A DNA stretch of 64,000 nucleotides, from NCBI GenBank assembly GCA_964016885.1, contig OZ024740.1:279310001-279374000 (forward strand), written 5' to 3'. The DNA is from Eledone cirrhosa (Eukaryota). Below the pieces are notes generated by a model. The model had not been told where the DNA came from and searched no databases. It was given only the letters and a program-made list of their open reading frames with translations. Shown here in pieces: positions 26,933 to 42,358 of this stretch. The position numbers were made by a program, and so were the translations under genes. The first letter of the stretch is position 1; each line of letters begins with the position of its first letter.

Positions 26933-29044
26933 CGTAAGTCGAAACACTCGTAAGCCGAAACACTCGTGAGCCAAACACTCGTAAGTCGGAACACTCGTAA
27001 GTCAGAACACTCGTAAGTCGAAACACTCATAAGTCGAAACACTCGTAAATCGAAACACCCGTAAGTCGAAACACCCGTAAGTCGAAACACTCGTATGTCG
27101 AATAACTCGTAAGCCGAAACACCGTAAGTCAAAACACTCGTAAGTCGAAACACTCGTAAGTCGAAACACCCGTAAGACGAAACACTCGTAAGCCAAAACA
27201 TTCGTAAGTCGAAACACTCGTAAGCCGAAACACTCGTAAGCCAAAACATTCGTAAGTCGAAACACTCGTAGTCGAAACACCCATAGCCGAAACACTCGTA
27301 AGTCGGAACACACGTAAGTCAGAACACCCGTAAGTCAGAACACTCGTAAGTCAGAACACTCGTAAGTCAGAACACTCGTAAGTCAGAGCATTCTTATCGA
27401 AACACTCGTATGTCAAAACACCCATAAGTCAAAACACTCGTAAGTCGAAATACTCGTAAGTCGAAACACTCGTAAGCCGAAACAATCGCAATTCAAAACA
27501 TCGTAAGTCGAAACACTCGTAAGCCAAAAATACTCGTACGTCGAAACACCCGTAAGCCGAAACACTCGTAAGTCGGAACACTCGTAAGTCAAAACACTCG
27601 TAAGTCGAAACAGTCGTAAATCGGAACACTCGTAAGTCAGAACACTCGTAAGTCAAAACACTCGTAAGTCGAAACACCCGTAAGTCGAAACGCCCGTAAG
27701 TCGAAACACTCATAAGGCGAAACACTCGTAAGCCGAAACACTCGTAAGTCGGAACACTCGTAAGTCGGAACACTCGTAAGTAAGAACACTCGTAAGTCAG
27801 AACACTCGTATGTCAAAACACTCGTAAGTCGAAACATTCGTAAGCCGAAACACCCGTAAGTCGAAACACCCGTAAGTCAAAACATTCGTAAGCCAAAACA
27901 CTCGTAAGTCGAAACACTCATAAGCCGAAACACCGTAAGTCGAAACACTCGTAAGTCGAAACACTCGTAAGCCGAAACACCCGTAAGTCAAAACATCCGT
28001 AAGTCAAAACATTCGTAAGTCGAAACACCCGTAGTCGAAACACTCGCAAGTCGAAACACTCGTAAGTCGAAACACGCGTAAGTCGAAACACATGTAAGTC
28101 AAAATACTCGTAAGTCGAAACACCCGTAAGTCGAAACGCCCGTAAGTCGAAACACTCATAAGCCGAAACACTCGTAAGTCGGAACACTCGTAAGTCAGAA
28201 CACCCGTAAGTCAGAACACTCGTAGTCAAAACACTCGTAAGCCGAAACACTCGTAAGCCGAAACACTCGTAAGCCGAAACACTCGTAAGTCGGAACACTC
28301 GTAAGTCAGAACACTCGTAAGTCAGAACACTCGTATGTCAAAACACTCGTAAGTCGAAACATTCGTAAGCCGAAACACCCGTAAGTCGAAACACCCGTAA
28401 GTCAAAACATTCGTAAGCCAAAACACTCGTAAATCGAAACACTCATAAGCCGAAACACCGTAAGTCAAAACACTCGTATTCAAAACACTCGTAAGTCGAA
28501 ACACTCGTAAGTCGAAACACTCGTAAGTCGAAACACTCATAAGCCGAAACACTCGTAAGTCGGAACACTCGTAAGTCAGAACACTCGTAAGTCAGAACAC
28601 TCGTATGTCAAAACACTCGTAAGTCGAAACATTCGTAAGCCGAAACACCCGTAAGTCGAAACACCCGTAAGTCAAAACATTCGTAAGCCAAAACACTCGT
28701 AAATCGAAACACTCATAAGCCGAAACACCGTAAGTCAAAACACTCGTAAGTCAAAACACTCGTAAGTCGAAACACTCGTAAGTCGAAACACTCGTAAGTC
28801 GAAACACGCGTACGTCGAAACACATGTAAGTCAAAATACTCGTAAGTCAGATCACTCGTAAGTCGAAGTAAGTCAAAACATTCGTAAGTCGAAACACCCG
28901 TAGTCGAAACACTCGCAAGTCGAAACACTCGTAAGTCGAAACACGCGTACGTCGAAACACATGTAAGTCAAAATACTCGTAAGTCAAAACACTCGTAAGC
29001 CGAAACACTCGTAAGTCGAAACACTCGTAAGTCGAAACACTCGT

Positions 29045-29124
29045 AAAGCGAAACGTATAAATAAAGATTAATGTAATGAATTTGAAAAGCATAGAGATTT
29101 GAAACCGCGTCTATTTGTTATTTT
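29045..29124 (+). repeat. 80-bp AT-rich island, copy 9
   Basis: Matches island consensus. Confidence 0.95.
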
Positions 29125-31102
29125 CGTAAGTCGAAACACTCGTAAGCCGAAACACTCGTGAGCCGAAACACTCGTAAGTCGGAACACTCGTAAGTCAGAA
29201 CACTCGTAAGTCAGAACACTCGTAAGTTAGAACACTCGTAAGTCAGAACACTCGTAAGTCGAAACACTCGTATCGAAACACTCGTACGTCAAAACACCAG
29301 TAAGTCAAAACACTCGTAAGTCGAAACACTCGTAAGCCGAAACACCGTAAGTCAAAACACTCGTAAGTCGAAACACTCGTAAGTCGAAACACTCGTAAGT
29401 CGAAACACTCGTAAGTCGAAACACTCGTAAGCCGAAACACTCGTAAGTCGGAACACTCGTAAGTCTGAACACTCGTATGTCGAAACATCCGTAAATCAGA
29501 ACACTCGTAAGTCAAAACACTCGTAAGTCGAAACACTCGTAATCCAAAAATACTCGTAAGTCGAAACACCCTTAAGTCAAAACACTCGTAAGCCGAAACA
29601 CCCGTAAGTCGAAACACTCGTAAGTCGAAACACTCGTACGCCGAAACACTCGTAAGCCAAAACATTCGTAAGTCGAAACACTCGTAAGTCGAAACACCCA
29701 TAGCCGAAACACTCGTAAGTCGGAACACACGTAAGTCAGAACACCCGTAAGTCAGAACACTCCTAAGTCAGAACACTCGTAAGTCAGAGCATTCGTATCG
29801 AAACACTCGTATGTCAAAACACCCATAAGTCAAAACACTCGTAAGTCGAAATACTCGTAAGTCGAAACACTCGTAAGCCGAAACAATCGTAATTCAAAAC
29901 ACTCGTAAGTCGAAACACTCGTAAGCCAAAAATACTCGTACGTCGAAACACCCGTAAGCCGAAACACTCGTAAGTCGGAACACTCGTAAGTCAAAACACT
30001 CGGAAGTCGAAACAGTCGTAAGTCGGAACACTCGTAAGTCAGAACACTCGTAAGTCAGAACACTCGTAAGTCAAAACACTCGTAAGTCGAAACACCCGTA
30101 AGTCGAAACGCCCGTAAGTCGAAACACTCATAAGCCGAAACACTCGTAAGTCGGAACACTCGTAAGTCAGAACACTCGTAAGTCAGAACACTCGTAAGTC
30201 AAAACACTCGTAAGTCGAAACACTCGTAAGCCGAAACACCCGTAAGTCAAAACATTCGTAAGCCAAAATACTCGTAAGTCGAAACACTCGTAAGTCGAAA
30301 CACCCGTAAGTCGAAACACTCGTAAGTCGAAACATCCTTAAGTCGAAACACTCGTAAGTCGAAACACTCATAAGTCGAAACACTCGTAAGTCGAAACATC
30401 CTTAAGTCGAAACACTCGTACACCGAAACACTCGTAAGTAAAAACATTAGTAAGTCGAAACACTCGTAAGCCGAAACACTCGTAAGCGGAAACACTCGTA
30501 AGTCAGAACACTCGTATCGAAACACTCGTATGTCAAAACACCCGTAAGTCAAAACACTCGTAAGTCGAAACACTCATAAGCCGAAACACTCGTAAGCCGA
30601 AACACTCGTAAGCAAAAACATTCGTAAGTCGAAACACCCGTAAGCAAAAACATTCGTAAGTCGAAACACTCATATGCCGAAACACTCGTAAATCGGAACA
30701 CTCGTAAGTCAGAACACACGTATGTCAGAACACTTGTAAGTCAGAACACTCGTAAGTCAGAACACTCGTAAGTCAGAACACTCGTAAGTCAGAACACTCG
30801 TATCGAAACACTCGTATGTCAAAACACCCGTAAGTCGAAACACTCGTAAGTCGAAACACTAGTAAGCCGAAACACCCGTAAGTCGAAACACTCGTAAGCC
30901 GAAACACCCGTAAGTCAAAACATCCGTAAGTCAAAACATTCGTAAGTCGAAACACCCGTAGTCGAAACACTCGTAAGTCGAAACACGCGTAAGTCGAAAC
31001 ACATGTAAGTCAAAACACTCGTAAGTCAAAAGACTCGTAAGCCGAAACACTCGTAAGTCGAAACACTCGTAAGTCGAAACACTCGTAAGTCGAAACACTC
31101 GT

Positions 31103-31182
31103 AAAGCTAAACGTATAAATAAAGATTAATGTAATGAATTTGAAAAGCATAGAGATTTGAAACCGCGTCAATTTGTTATTTT
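31103..31182 (+). repeat. 80-bp AT-rich island, copy 10 (AAAGCT and GTCAAT variants)
   Basis: Two substitutions shared with copy 12. Confidence 0.95.
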
Positions 31183-33375
31183 CGTAAGTCGAAACACTCG
31201 TAAGCCGAAACACTCGTGAGCCAAACACTCGTAAGTCGGAACACTCGTAAGTCAGAACACTCGTAAGTCGAAACACTCATAAGTCGAAACACTCGTAAGT
31301 CGAAACACCCGTAAGTCGAAACACCCGTAAGTCGAAACACTCGTATGTCGAATAACTCGTAAGCCGAAACACCGTAAGTCAAAACACTCGTAAGTCGAAA
31401 CACTCGTAAGTCGAAACACCCGTAAGACGAAACACTCGTAAGCCAAAACATTCGTAAGTCGAAACACTCGTAAGCCGAAACACTCGTAAGCCAAAACATT
31501 CGTAAGTCGAAACACTCGTAGTCGAAACACCCATAGCCGAAACACTCGTAAGTCGGAACACACGTAAGTCAGAACACCCGTAAGTCAGAACACTCGTAAG
31601 TCAGAACACTCGTAAGTCAGAACACTCGTAAGTCAGAGCATTCTTATCGAAACACTCGTATGTCAAAACACCCATAAGTCAAAACACTCGTAAGTCGAAA
31701 TACTCGTAAGTCGAAACACTCGTAAGCCGAAACAATCGTAATTCAAAACATCGTAAGTCGAAACACTCGTAAGCCAAAAATACTCGTACGTCGAAACACC
31801 CGTAAGCCGAAACACTCGTAAGTCGGAACACTCGTAAGTCAAAACACTCGTAAGTCGAAACAGTCGTAAGTCGGAACACTCGTAAGTCATAACACTCGTA
31901 AGTCAGAACACTCGTAAGTCAAAACACTCGTAAGTCGAAACACCCGTAAGTCGAAACGCCCGTAACTCGAAACACTCATAAGGCGAAACACTCGTAAGAC
32001 GAAACACTCGTAAGTCGGAACACTCGTAAGTCGGAACACTCGTAAGTAAGAACACTCGTAAGTCGGAACACTCGTAAGTAAGAACACTCGTAAGTCGAAA
32101 CATTCGTAAGCCGAAACACCCGTAAGTCGAAACACCCGTAAGTCAAAACATTCGTAAGCCAAAACACTCGTAAGTCGAAACACTCATAAGCCGAAACACC
32201 GTAAGTCAAAACACTCGTAAGTCAAAACACTCGTAAGTCGAAACACTCGTAAGTCGAAACACTCGTAAGCCGAAACACCCGTAAGTCAAAACATCCGTAA
32301 GTCAAAACATTCGTAAGTCGAAACACCCGTAGTCGAAACACTCGCAAGTCGAAACACTCGTAAGTCGAAACACGCGTAAGTCGAAACACATGTAAGTCAA
32401 AATACTCGTAAGTCAGAACACTCGTAAGTCAAAACACTCGTAAGTCGAAACACCCGTAAGTCGAAACGCCCGTAAGTCGAAACACTCATAAGCCGAAACA
32501 CTCGTAAGTCGGAACACTCGTAAGTCAGAACACCCGTAAGTCAGAACACTCGTAGTCAAAACACTCGTAAGCCGAAACACTCGTAAGCCGAAACACTCGT
32601 AAGCCGAAACACTCGTAAGTCGAAACACTCGTAAGTCAGAACACTCGTAAGTCAGAACACTCGTATGTCAAAACACTCGTAAGTCGAAACATTCGTAAGC
32701 CGAAACACCCGTAAGTCGAAACACCCGTAAGTCAAAACATTCGTAAGCCAAAACACTCGTAAATCGAAACACTCATAAGCCGAAACACCGTAAGTCAAAA
32801 CACTCGTAAGTCAAAACACTCGTAAGTCGAAACACTCGTAAGTCGAAACACTCGTAAGTCGAAACACTCATAAGCCGAAACACTCGTAAGTCGGAACACT
32901 CGTAAGTCAGAACACTCGTAAGTCAGAACACTCGTATGTCAAAACACTCGTAAGTCGAAACATTCGTAAGCCGAAACACCCGTAAGTCGAAACACCCGTA
33001 AGTCAAAACATTCGTAAGCCAAAACACTCGTAAATCGAAACACTCATAAGCCGATACACCGTAAGTCAAAACACTCGTAAGTCAAAACACTCGTAAGTCG
33101 AAACACTCGTAAGTCGAAACACTCGTAAGTCGAAACACGCGTACGTCGAAACACATGTAAGTCAAAATACTCGTAAGTCAGATCACTCGTAAGTCGAAGT
33201 AAGTCAAAACATTCGTAAGTCGAAACACCCGTAGTCGAAACACTCGCAAGTCGAAACACTCGTAAGTCGAAACACGCGTACGTCGAAACACATGTAAGTC
33301 AAAATACTCGTAAGTCAAAACACTCGTAAGCCGAAACACTCGTAAGTCGAAACACTCGTAAGTCGAAACACTCGT

Positions 33376-33455
33376 AAAGCGAAACGTATAAATAAAGATT
33401 AATGTAATGAATTTGAAAAGCATAGAGATTTGAAACCGCGTCTATTTGTTATTTT
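33376..33455 (+). repeat. 80-bp AT-rich island, copy 11
   Basis: Consensus; 4331 bp after copy 9. Confidence 0.95.
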
Positions 33456-35433
33456 CGTAAGTCGAAACACTCGTAAGCCGAAACACTCGTGAGCCGAAAC
33501 ACTCGTAAGTCGGAACACTCGTAAGTCAGAACACTCGTAAGTCAGAACACTCGTAAGTTAGAACACTCGTAAGTCAGAACACTCGTAAGTCGAAACACTC
33601 GTATCGAAACACTCGTACGTCAAAACACCAGTAAGTCAAAACACTCGTAAGTCGAAACACTCGTAAGCCGAAACACCGTAAGTCAAAACACTCGTAAGTC
33701 GAAACACTCGTAAGTCGAAACACTCGTAAGTCGAAACACTCGTAAGCCGAAACACTCGTAAGCCGAAACACTCGTAAGTCGGAACACTCGTAAGTCTGAA
33801 CACTCGTATGTCGAAACATCCGTAAATCAGAACACTCGTAAGTCAAAACACTCGTAAGTCGAAACACTCGTAATCCAAAAATACTCGTAAGTCGAAACAC
33901 CCTTAAGTCAAAACACTCGTAAGCCGAAACACCCGTAAGTCGAAACACTCGTAAGTCGAAACACTCGTACGCCGAAACACTCGTAAGCCAAAACATTCGT
34001 AAGTCGAAACACTCGTAAGTCGAAACACCCATAGCCGAAACACTCGTAAGTCGGAACACACGTAAGTCAGAACACCCGTAAGTCAGAACACTCCTAAGTC
34101 AGAACACTCGTAAGTCAGAGCATTCGTATCGAAACACTCGTATGTCAAAACACCCATAAGTCAAAACACTCGTAAGTCGAAATACTCGTAAGTCGAAACA
34201 CTCGTAAGCCGAAACAATCGTAATTCAAAACACTCGTAAGTCGAAACACTCGTAAGCCAAAAATACTCGTACGTCGAAACACCCGTAAGCCGAAACACTC
34301 GTAAGTCGGAACACTCGTAAGTCAAAACACTCGGAAGTCGAAACAGTCGTAAGTCGGAACACTCGTAAGTCAGAACACTCGTAAGTCAGAACACTCGTAA
34401 GTCAAAACACTCGTAAGTCGAAACACCCGTAAGTCGAAACGCCCGTAAGTCGAAACACTCATAAGCCGAAACACTCGTAAGTCGGAACACTCGTAAGTCA
34501 GAACACTCGTAAGTCAGAACACTCGTAAGTCAAAACACTCGTAAGTCGAAACACTCGTAAGCCGAAACACCCGTAAGTCAAAACATTCGTAAGCCAAAAT
34601 ACTCGTAAGTCGAAACACTCGTAAGTCGAAACACTCGTAAGTCGAAACACTCGTAAGTCGAAACATCCTTAAGTCGAAACACTCGTAAGTCGAAACACTC
34701 ATAAGTCGAAACACTCGTAAGTCGAAACATCCTTAAGTCGAAACACTCGTACACCGAAACACTCGTAAGTAAAAACATTAGTAAGTCGAAACACTCGTAA
34801 GCCGAAACACTCGTAAGCGGAAACACTCGTAAGTCAGAACACTCGTATCGAAACACTCGTATGTCAAAACACCCGTAAGTCAAAACACTCGTAAGTCGAA
34901 ACACTCATAAGCCGAAACACTCGTAAGCCGAAACACTCGTAAGCAAAAACATTCGTAAGTCGAAACACCCGTAAGCAAAAACATTCGTAAGTCGAAACAC
35001 TCATATGCCGAAACACTCGTAAATCGGAACACTCGTAAGTCAGAACACACGTATGTCAGAACACTTGTAAGTCAGAACACTCGTAAGTCAGAACACTCGT
35101 AAGTCAGAACACTCGTAAGTCAGAACACTCGTATCGAAACACTCGTATGTCAAAACACCCGTAAGTCGAAACACTCGTAAGTCGAAACACTAGTAAGCCG
35201 AAACACCCGTAAGTCGAAACACTCGTAAGCCGAAACACCCGTAAGTCAAAACATCCGTAAGTCAAAACATTCGTAAGTCGAAACACCCGTAGTCGAAACA
35301 CTCGTAAGTCGAAACACGCGTAAGTCGAAACACATGTAAGTCAAAACACTCGTAAGTCAAAACACTCGTAAGCCGAAACACTCGTAAGTCGAAACACTCG
35401 TAAGTCGAAACACTCGTAAGTCGAAACACTCGT

Positions 35434-35513
35434 AAAGCTAAACGTATAAATAAAGATTAATGTAATGAATTTGAAAAGCATAGAGATTTGAAACCGCGTC
35501 AATTTGTTATTTT
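35434..35513 (+). repeat. 80-bp AT-rich island, copy 12 (AAAGCT and GTCAAT variants)
   Basis: Same as copy 10; offset 4331 bp. Confidence 0.95.
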
Positions 35514-37706
35514 CGTAAGTCGAAACACTCGTAAGCCGAAACACTCGTGAGCCAAACACTCGTAAGTCGGAACACTCGTAAGTCAGAACACTCGTAAGTC
35601 GAAACACTCATAAGTCGAAACACTCGTAAGTCGAAACACCCGTAAGTCGAAACACCTGTAAGTCGAAACACTCGTATGTCGAATAACTCGTAAGCCGAAA
35701 CACCGTAAGTCAAAACACTCGTAAGTCGAAACACTCGTAAGTCGAAACACCCGTAAGACGAAACACTCGTAAGCCAAAACATTCGTAAGTCGAAACACTC
35801 GTAAGCCGAAACACTCGTAAGCCAAAACATTCGTAAGTCGAAACACTCGTAGTCGAAACACCCATAGCCGAAACACTCGTAAGTCGGAACACACGTAAGT
35901 CAGAACACCCGTAAGTCAGAACACTCGTAAGTCAGAACACTCGTAAGTCAGAACACTCGTAAGTCAGAGCATTCTTATCGAAACACTCGTATGTCAAAAC
36001 ACCCATAAGTCAAAACACTCGTAAGTCGAAATACTCGTAAGTCGAAACACTCGTAAGCCGAAACAATCGTAATTCAAAACATCGTAAGTCGAAACACTCG
36101 TAAGCCAAAAATACTCGTACGTCGAAACACCCGTAAGCCGAAACACTCGTAAGTCGGAACACTCGTAAGTCAAAACACTCGTAAGTCGAAACAGTCGTAA
36201 GTCGGAACACTCGTAAGTCATAACACTCGTAAGTCAGAACACTCGTAAGTCAAAACACTCGTAAGTCGAAACACCCGTAAGTCGAAACGCCCGTAAGTCG
36301 AAACACTCATAAGGCGAAACACTCGTAAGACGAAACACTCGTAAGTCGGAACACTCGTAAGTCGGAACACTCGTAAGTAAGAACACTCGTAAGTCGGAAC
36401 ACTCGTAAGTAAGAACACTCGTAAGTCGAAACATTCGTAAGCCGAAACACCCGTAAGTCGAAACACCCGTAAGTCAAAACATTCGTAAGCCAAAACACTC
36501 GTAAGTCGAAACACTCATAAGCCGAAACACCGTAAGTCAAAACACTCGTAAGTCAAAACACTCGTAAGTCGAAACACTCGTAAGTCGAAACACTCGTAAG
36601 CCGAAACACCCGTAAGTCAAAACATCCGTAAGTCAAAACATTCGTAAGTCGAAACACCCGTAGTCGAAACACTCGCAAGTCGAAACACTCGTAAGTCGAA
36701 ACACGCGTAAGTCGAAACACATGTAAGTCAAAATACTCGTAAGTCAGAACACTCGTAAGTCAAAACACTCGTAAGTCGAAACACCCGTAAGTCGAAACGC
36801 CCGTAAGTCGAAACACTCATAAGCCGAAACACTCGTAAGTCGGAACACTCGTAAGTCAGAACACCCGTAAGTCAGAACACTCGTAGTCAAAACACTCGTA
36901 AGCCGAAACACTCGTAAGCCGAAACACTCGTAAGCCGAAACACTCGTAAGTCGAAACACTCGTAAGTCAGAACACTCGTAAGTCAGAACACTCGTATGTC
37001 AAAACACTCGTAAGTCGAAACATTCGTAAGCCGAAACACCCGTAAGTCGAAACACCCTTAAGTCAAAACATTCGTAAGCCAAAACACTCGTAAATCGAAA
37101 CACTCATAAGCCGAAACACCGTAAGTCAAAACACTCGTAAGTCAAAACACTCGTAAGTCGAAACACTCGTAAGTCGAAACACTCGTAAGTCGAAACACTC
37201 ATAAGCCGAAACACTCGTAAGTCGGAACACTCGTAAGTCAGAACACTCGTAAGTCAGAACACTCGTATGTCAAAACACTCGTAAGTCGAAACATTCGTAA
37301 GCCGAAACACCCGTAAGTCGAAACACCCGTAAGTCAAAACATTCGTAAGCCAAAACACTCGTAAATCGAAACACTCATAAGCCGATACACCGTAAGTCAA
37401 AACACTCGTAAGTCAAAACACTCGTAAGTCGAAACACTCGTAAGTCGAAACACTCGTAAGTCGAAACACGCGTACGTCGAAACACATGTAAGTCAAAATA
37501 CTCGTAAGTCAGATCACTCGTAAGTCGAAGTAAGTCAAAACATTCGTAAGTCGAAACACCCGTAGTCGAAACACTCGCAAGTCGAAACACTCGTAAGTCG
37601 AAACACGCGTACGTCGAAACACATGTAAGTCAAAATACTCGTAAGTCAAAACACTCGTAAGCCGAAACACTCGTAAGTCGAAACACTCGTAAGTCGAAAC
37701 ACTCGT

Positions 37707-37786
37707 AAAGCGAAACGTATAAATAAAGATTAATGTAATGAATTTGAAAAGCATAGAGATTTGAAACCGCGTCTATTTGTTATTTT
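37707..37786 (+). repeat. 80-bp AT-rich island, copy 13
   Basis: Consensus; 4331 bp after copy 11. Confidence 0.95.
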
Positions 37787-40700
37787 CGTAAGTCGAAACA
37801 CTCGTAAGCCGAAACACTCGTGAGCCGAAACACTCGTAAGTCGGAACACTCGTAAGTCAGAACACTCGTAAGTCAGAACACTCGTAAGTTAGAACACTCG
37901 TAAGTCAGAACACTCGTAAGTCGAAACACTCGTATCGAAACACTCGTACGTCAAAACACCAGTAAGTCAAAACACTCGTAAGTCGAAACACTCGTAAGCC
38001 GAAACACCGTAAGTCAAAACACTCGTAAGTCGAAACACTCGTAAGTCGAAACACTCGTAAGTCGAAACACTCGTAAGCCGAAACACTCGTAAGCCGAAAC
38101 ACTCGTAAGTCGGAACACTCGTAAGTCTGAACACTCGTATGTCGAAACATCCGTAAATCAGAACACTCGTAAGTCAAAACACTCGTAAGACGAAACACTC
38201 GTAATCCAAAAATACTCGTAAGTCGAAACACCCTTAAGTCAAAACACTCGTAAGCCGAAACACCCGTAAGTCGAAACACTCGTAAGTCGAAACACTCGTA
38301 CGCCGAAACACTCGTAAGTAAAAACATTAGTAAATCGAAACACTCGTAAGCCGAAAGACTCGTAAGTCGAAACACTCGTAAGCAGAAACACTCGTAAGCC
38401 GAAACACCCGTAAGTCAAAACATTCGTAAGTCAAAACACTCGTAAGTCGAAACACCCGTAAGTCAAAACACTCGTATGTCGAAACACTCGTAAGCCGAAA
38501 CACCGTAAGTAAAAACACTCGTAAGTCGAAACACCCATAAGGCGAAACACTCGTAAGCCGAAACACTCGTAAGTCGAAACACTCATAAGCCGAAACACTC
38601 GTAAGTCGGAACACTCGTAAATCAGAACACCCGCAAGTCAGAACACTCGTAAATCAGAACACTCTTAAGTCGAAACTCACGTAAGCCGAAACACTCGTAA
38701 GTCGAAACACTCGTAAATCGAAACATCCTTAAGTCGAAACACTCGTAAGTAAAAACATTAGTAAGTCGAAACACTCGTAAGCCGAAACACTCGTAAGTCG
38801 AAACACCCGTAAGTCGAAACACCCGTAAGTCAAAACACTCGTGTGTCGAAACACTCGTAAACCTAAACACTCGTAAGTCGGAACACTCGTAAGTCAGAAC
38901 ACTCGTAAGTCAGAACACTCGTAAGTCGAAACACTCATAAGTCGAAACACTCGTAAGTCGAAACACCCGTAAGTCGAAACACCCGTAAGTCGAAACACTC
39001 GTATGTCGAATAACTCGTAAGCCGAAACACCGTAAGTCAAAACACTCGTAAGTCGAAACACTCGTAAGTCGAAACACCCGTGAGCCGAAACACTCGTAAG
39101 CCAAAACATTCGTAAGTCGAAACACTCGTAAGCCGAAACACTGTAAGCCAAAACATTCGTAAGTCGAAACACTCGTAAGTCGAAACACCCATAGCCGAAA
39201 CACTCGTAAGTCGGAACACACGTAAGTCAGAACACCCGTAAGTCAGAACACTCGTAAGTCAGAACACTCGTAAGTCAGAACACTCGTAAGTTAGAGCATT
39301 CGTATCGAAACACTCGTATGTCAAAACACCCATAAGTCAAAACACTCGTAAGTCGAAATACTCGTAAGTCGAAACACTCGTAAGCCGAAACAATCGTAAT
39401 TCAAAACACTCGTAAGTCGAAACACTCGTAAGCCAAAAATACTCGTACGTCGAAACACCCGTAAGCCGAAACACTCGTAAGTCGGAACACTCGTAAGTCG
39501 AAACACCCGTAAGTCGAAACGCCCGTAAGTCGAAACACTCATAAGCCGAAACACTCGTAAGTCGGAACACTCGTAAGTCAGAACACCCGTAAGTCAGAAC
39601 ACTCGTAGTCAGAACACTCGTAAGTCAAAACACTCGTAAGCCGAAACACTCGTAAGCCGAAACACTCGTAAGCCGAAACACTCGTAAGTCGGAACACTCG
39701 TAAGTCGGAACACTCATAAGTCAGAACACTCGTAAATCAGAACACTCGTATGTCAAAACACTCGTAAGTCGAAACATTCGTAAGCCGAAACACCCGTAAG
39801 TCGAAACACTCGTACACCGAAACACTCGTAAGTAAAAACATTAGTAAGTCGAAACACTCGTAAGCCGAAACACTCGTAAGCGGAAACACTCGTAAGTCAG
39901 AACACTCGTATCGAAACACTCGTATGTCAAAACACCCGTAAGTCAAAACACTCGTAAGTCGAAACACTCATAAGCCGAAACACTCGTAAGCCGAAACACT
40001 CGTAAGCAAAAACATTCGTAAGTCGAAACACCCGCAAGCCGAAACACTCGTAAGTCGAAGCACTCGTAAGTCGAAACACTCATAAGCCGAAACACTCGTA
40101 AGTCGGAACACTCGTAAGTCAGAACACCCGTAAGTCAGAACACTCGTAGTCAGAACACTCGTCAGTCGAAACACTCGTAAGCCGAAACAATCGTAAGTCA
40201 AAACATTCGTAAGTCAAAACACTCGTAAGCCGAAACACTCGTAAGTCGAAACACTCGTAAGTCGAAACACTCGTAAGTCGAAACACGCGTAAGTCGAAGC
40301 ACCCGTAAGTCAAAACACTCGTAAATCAAAACACTCGTAAGCCGAAACACTCGTATGTCGAAACACTCGTAAGTCGAAACACTCGTAAGCCGAAACACTC
40401 GTAAGCCGAAACACTCGTAAGTCAGAACACTCGTAAGTCGAAACACTCGTATCGAAACACTCGTATGTCAAAACACCCGTAAGTCAAAACACTCGCAAGT
40501 CGAAACACTCGTAAGTCGAAACACTCGTATGTCGAAACATCCGTAAATCAGAACACTCGTAAGTCGAAACACTCGTAAGTCGAAACACTCGTAAGTCGAA
40601 ACACTCGTAAGCCGAAACACTCGTAAGTCGAAACACTCGTATCGAAACACTCGTAAGTCGAAACACCCTTAAGTCAAAACACTCGTAAGCCGAAACACTC

Positions 40701-42358
40701 GTAAGTCGAAACACCGTAAGCCAAAACACTCGTAAGTCGAAACACCCGTAAGTCGGAACACTCGTAAGTCGAAACACTCGTAAGTCGAAACACTCGTAAG
40801 CCGAAACACTCGTAAGCCGAGACACTCGTAAGTCGGAACACTCGTAAGTCAGAACACTCGTAAGTCGAAACACTCGTATCGAAACACTCGTAAGTCGAAA
40901 CACCCTTAAGTCAAAACAATCGTAAGCCGAAACACTCGTAAGTCGAAACACTCGTAAGTCGAAACACTCGTAAGTCGAAACACCCTTAAGTCAAAACACT
41001 CGTAAGTCGAAACACTCGCCAGCCGAAACACTTGTAAGTCGAAACACTCATAAGCCGAAACACCCGTAAGTCAAAACATTCGTAAGTCAAAACACTCGTA
41101 AGTCGAAACACTCGTAAGTCAAAACACTCGTACGCCGAAACACTCGTAAGTAAAAACATTAGTAAGTTGAAACACTCATAAGCCGAAACACTCGTAAGTT
41201 GAAACACTCGCAAGCCGAAACACCCGTAAGTCGAAACGCCCGTAAGTCGAAACACTCATAAGCCGAAACACTCGTAAGCCGAAACACTCGTAAGTCGGAA
41301 CACTCGTAAGTCGGAACACTCGTAAGTCAGAACACTCGTAAGTCAGAACACTCGTATGTCAAAACACTCGTAAGTCGAAACATTCGTAAGCCGAAACACC
41401 CGTAAGTCGAAACACCCGTAAGTCAAAACATTCGTAAGCCAAAACACTCGTAAGTCGAAACACTCATAAGCCGAAACACCGTAAGTCAAAACACTCGTAA
41501 GTCAAAACACTCGTAAGTCGAAACACTCGTAAGTCGAAACACTCGTAAGCCGAAACACCCGTAAGTCAAAACATCCGTAAGTCAAAACATTCGTAAGTCG
41601 AAACACCCGTAGTCGAAACACTCGCAAGTCGAAACACTCGTAAGTCGAAATACGCGTAAGTCGAAACACATGTAAGTCAAAATACTCGTAAGTCAGAACA
41701 CTCGTAAGTCAAAACACTCGTAAGTCGAAACACCCGTAAGTCGAAACGCCCGTAAGTCGAAACACTCATAAGCCGAAACACTCGTAAGTCGGAACACTCG
41801 TAAGTCAGAACACCCGTAAGTCAGAACACTCGTAGTCAGAACACTCGTAAGTCAAAACACTCGTAAGCCGAAACACTCGTAAGCCGAAACACTCGTAAGC
41901 CGAAACACTCGTAAGTCGGAACACTCGTAAGTCAGAACACTCGTAAGTCAGAACACTCGTATGTCAAAACACTCGTAAGTCGAAACATTTGTAAGCCGAA
42001 ACACCCGTAAGTCGAAACACCCGTAAGTCAAAACATTCGTAAGCCAAAACACTCGTAAATCGAAACACTCATAAGCCGAAACACCGTAAGTCAAAACACT
42101 CGTAAGTCAAAACACTCGTAAGTCGAAACACTCGTAAGTCGAAACACTCGTAAGCCGAAACACCCGTAAGTCAAAACATCCGTAAGTCAAAACATTCGTA
42201 AGTCGAAACACCCGTAGTCGAAACACTCGCAAGTCGAAACACTCGTAAGTCGAAACACGCGTACGTCGAAACACATGTAAGTCAAAATACTCGTAAGTCA
42301 AAACACTCGTAAGCCGAAACACTCGTAAGTCGAAACACTCGTAAGTCGAAATACTCGT

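Larger units (their letters stand above)
28100..38320 (+). repeat. Near-perfect 4331-bp tandem higher-order repeat, about 2.4 copies, two islands per unit
   Basis: Islands at 29045/33376/37707 and 31103/35434; ORF twins 28713/33044/37375, 30183/34514 and 31887/36218 are all offset by 4331. Confidence 0.9.
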
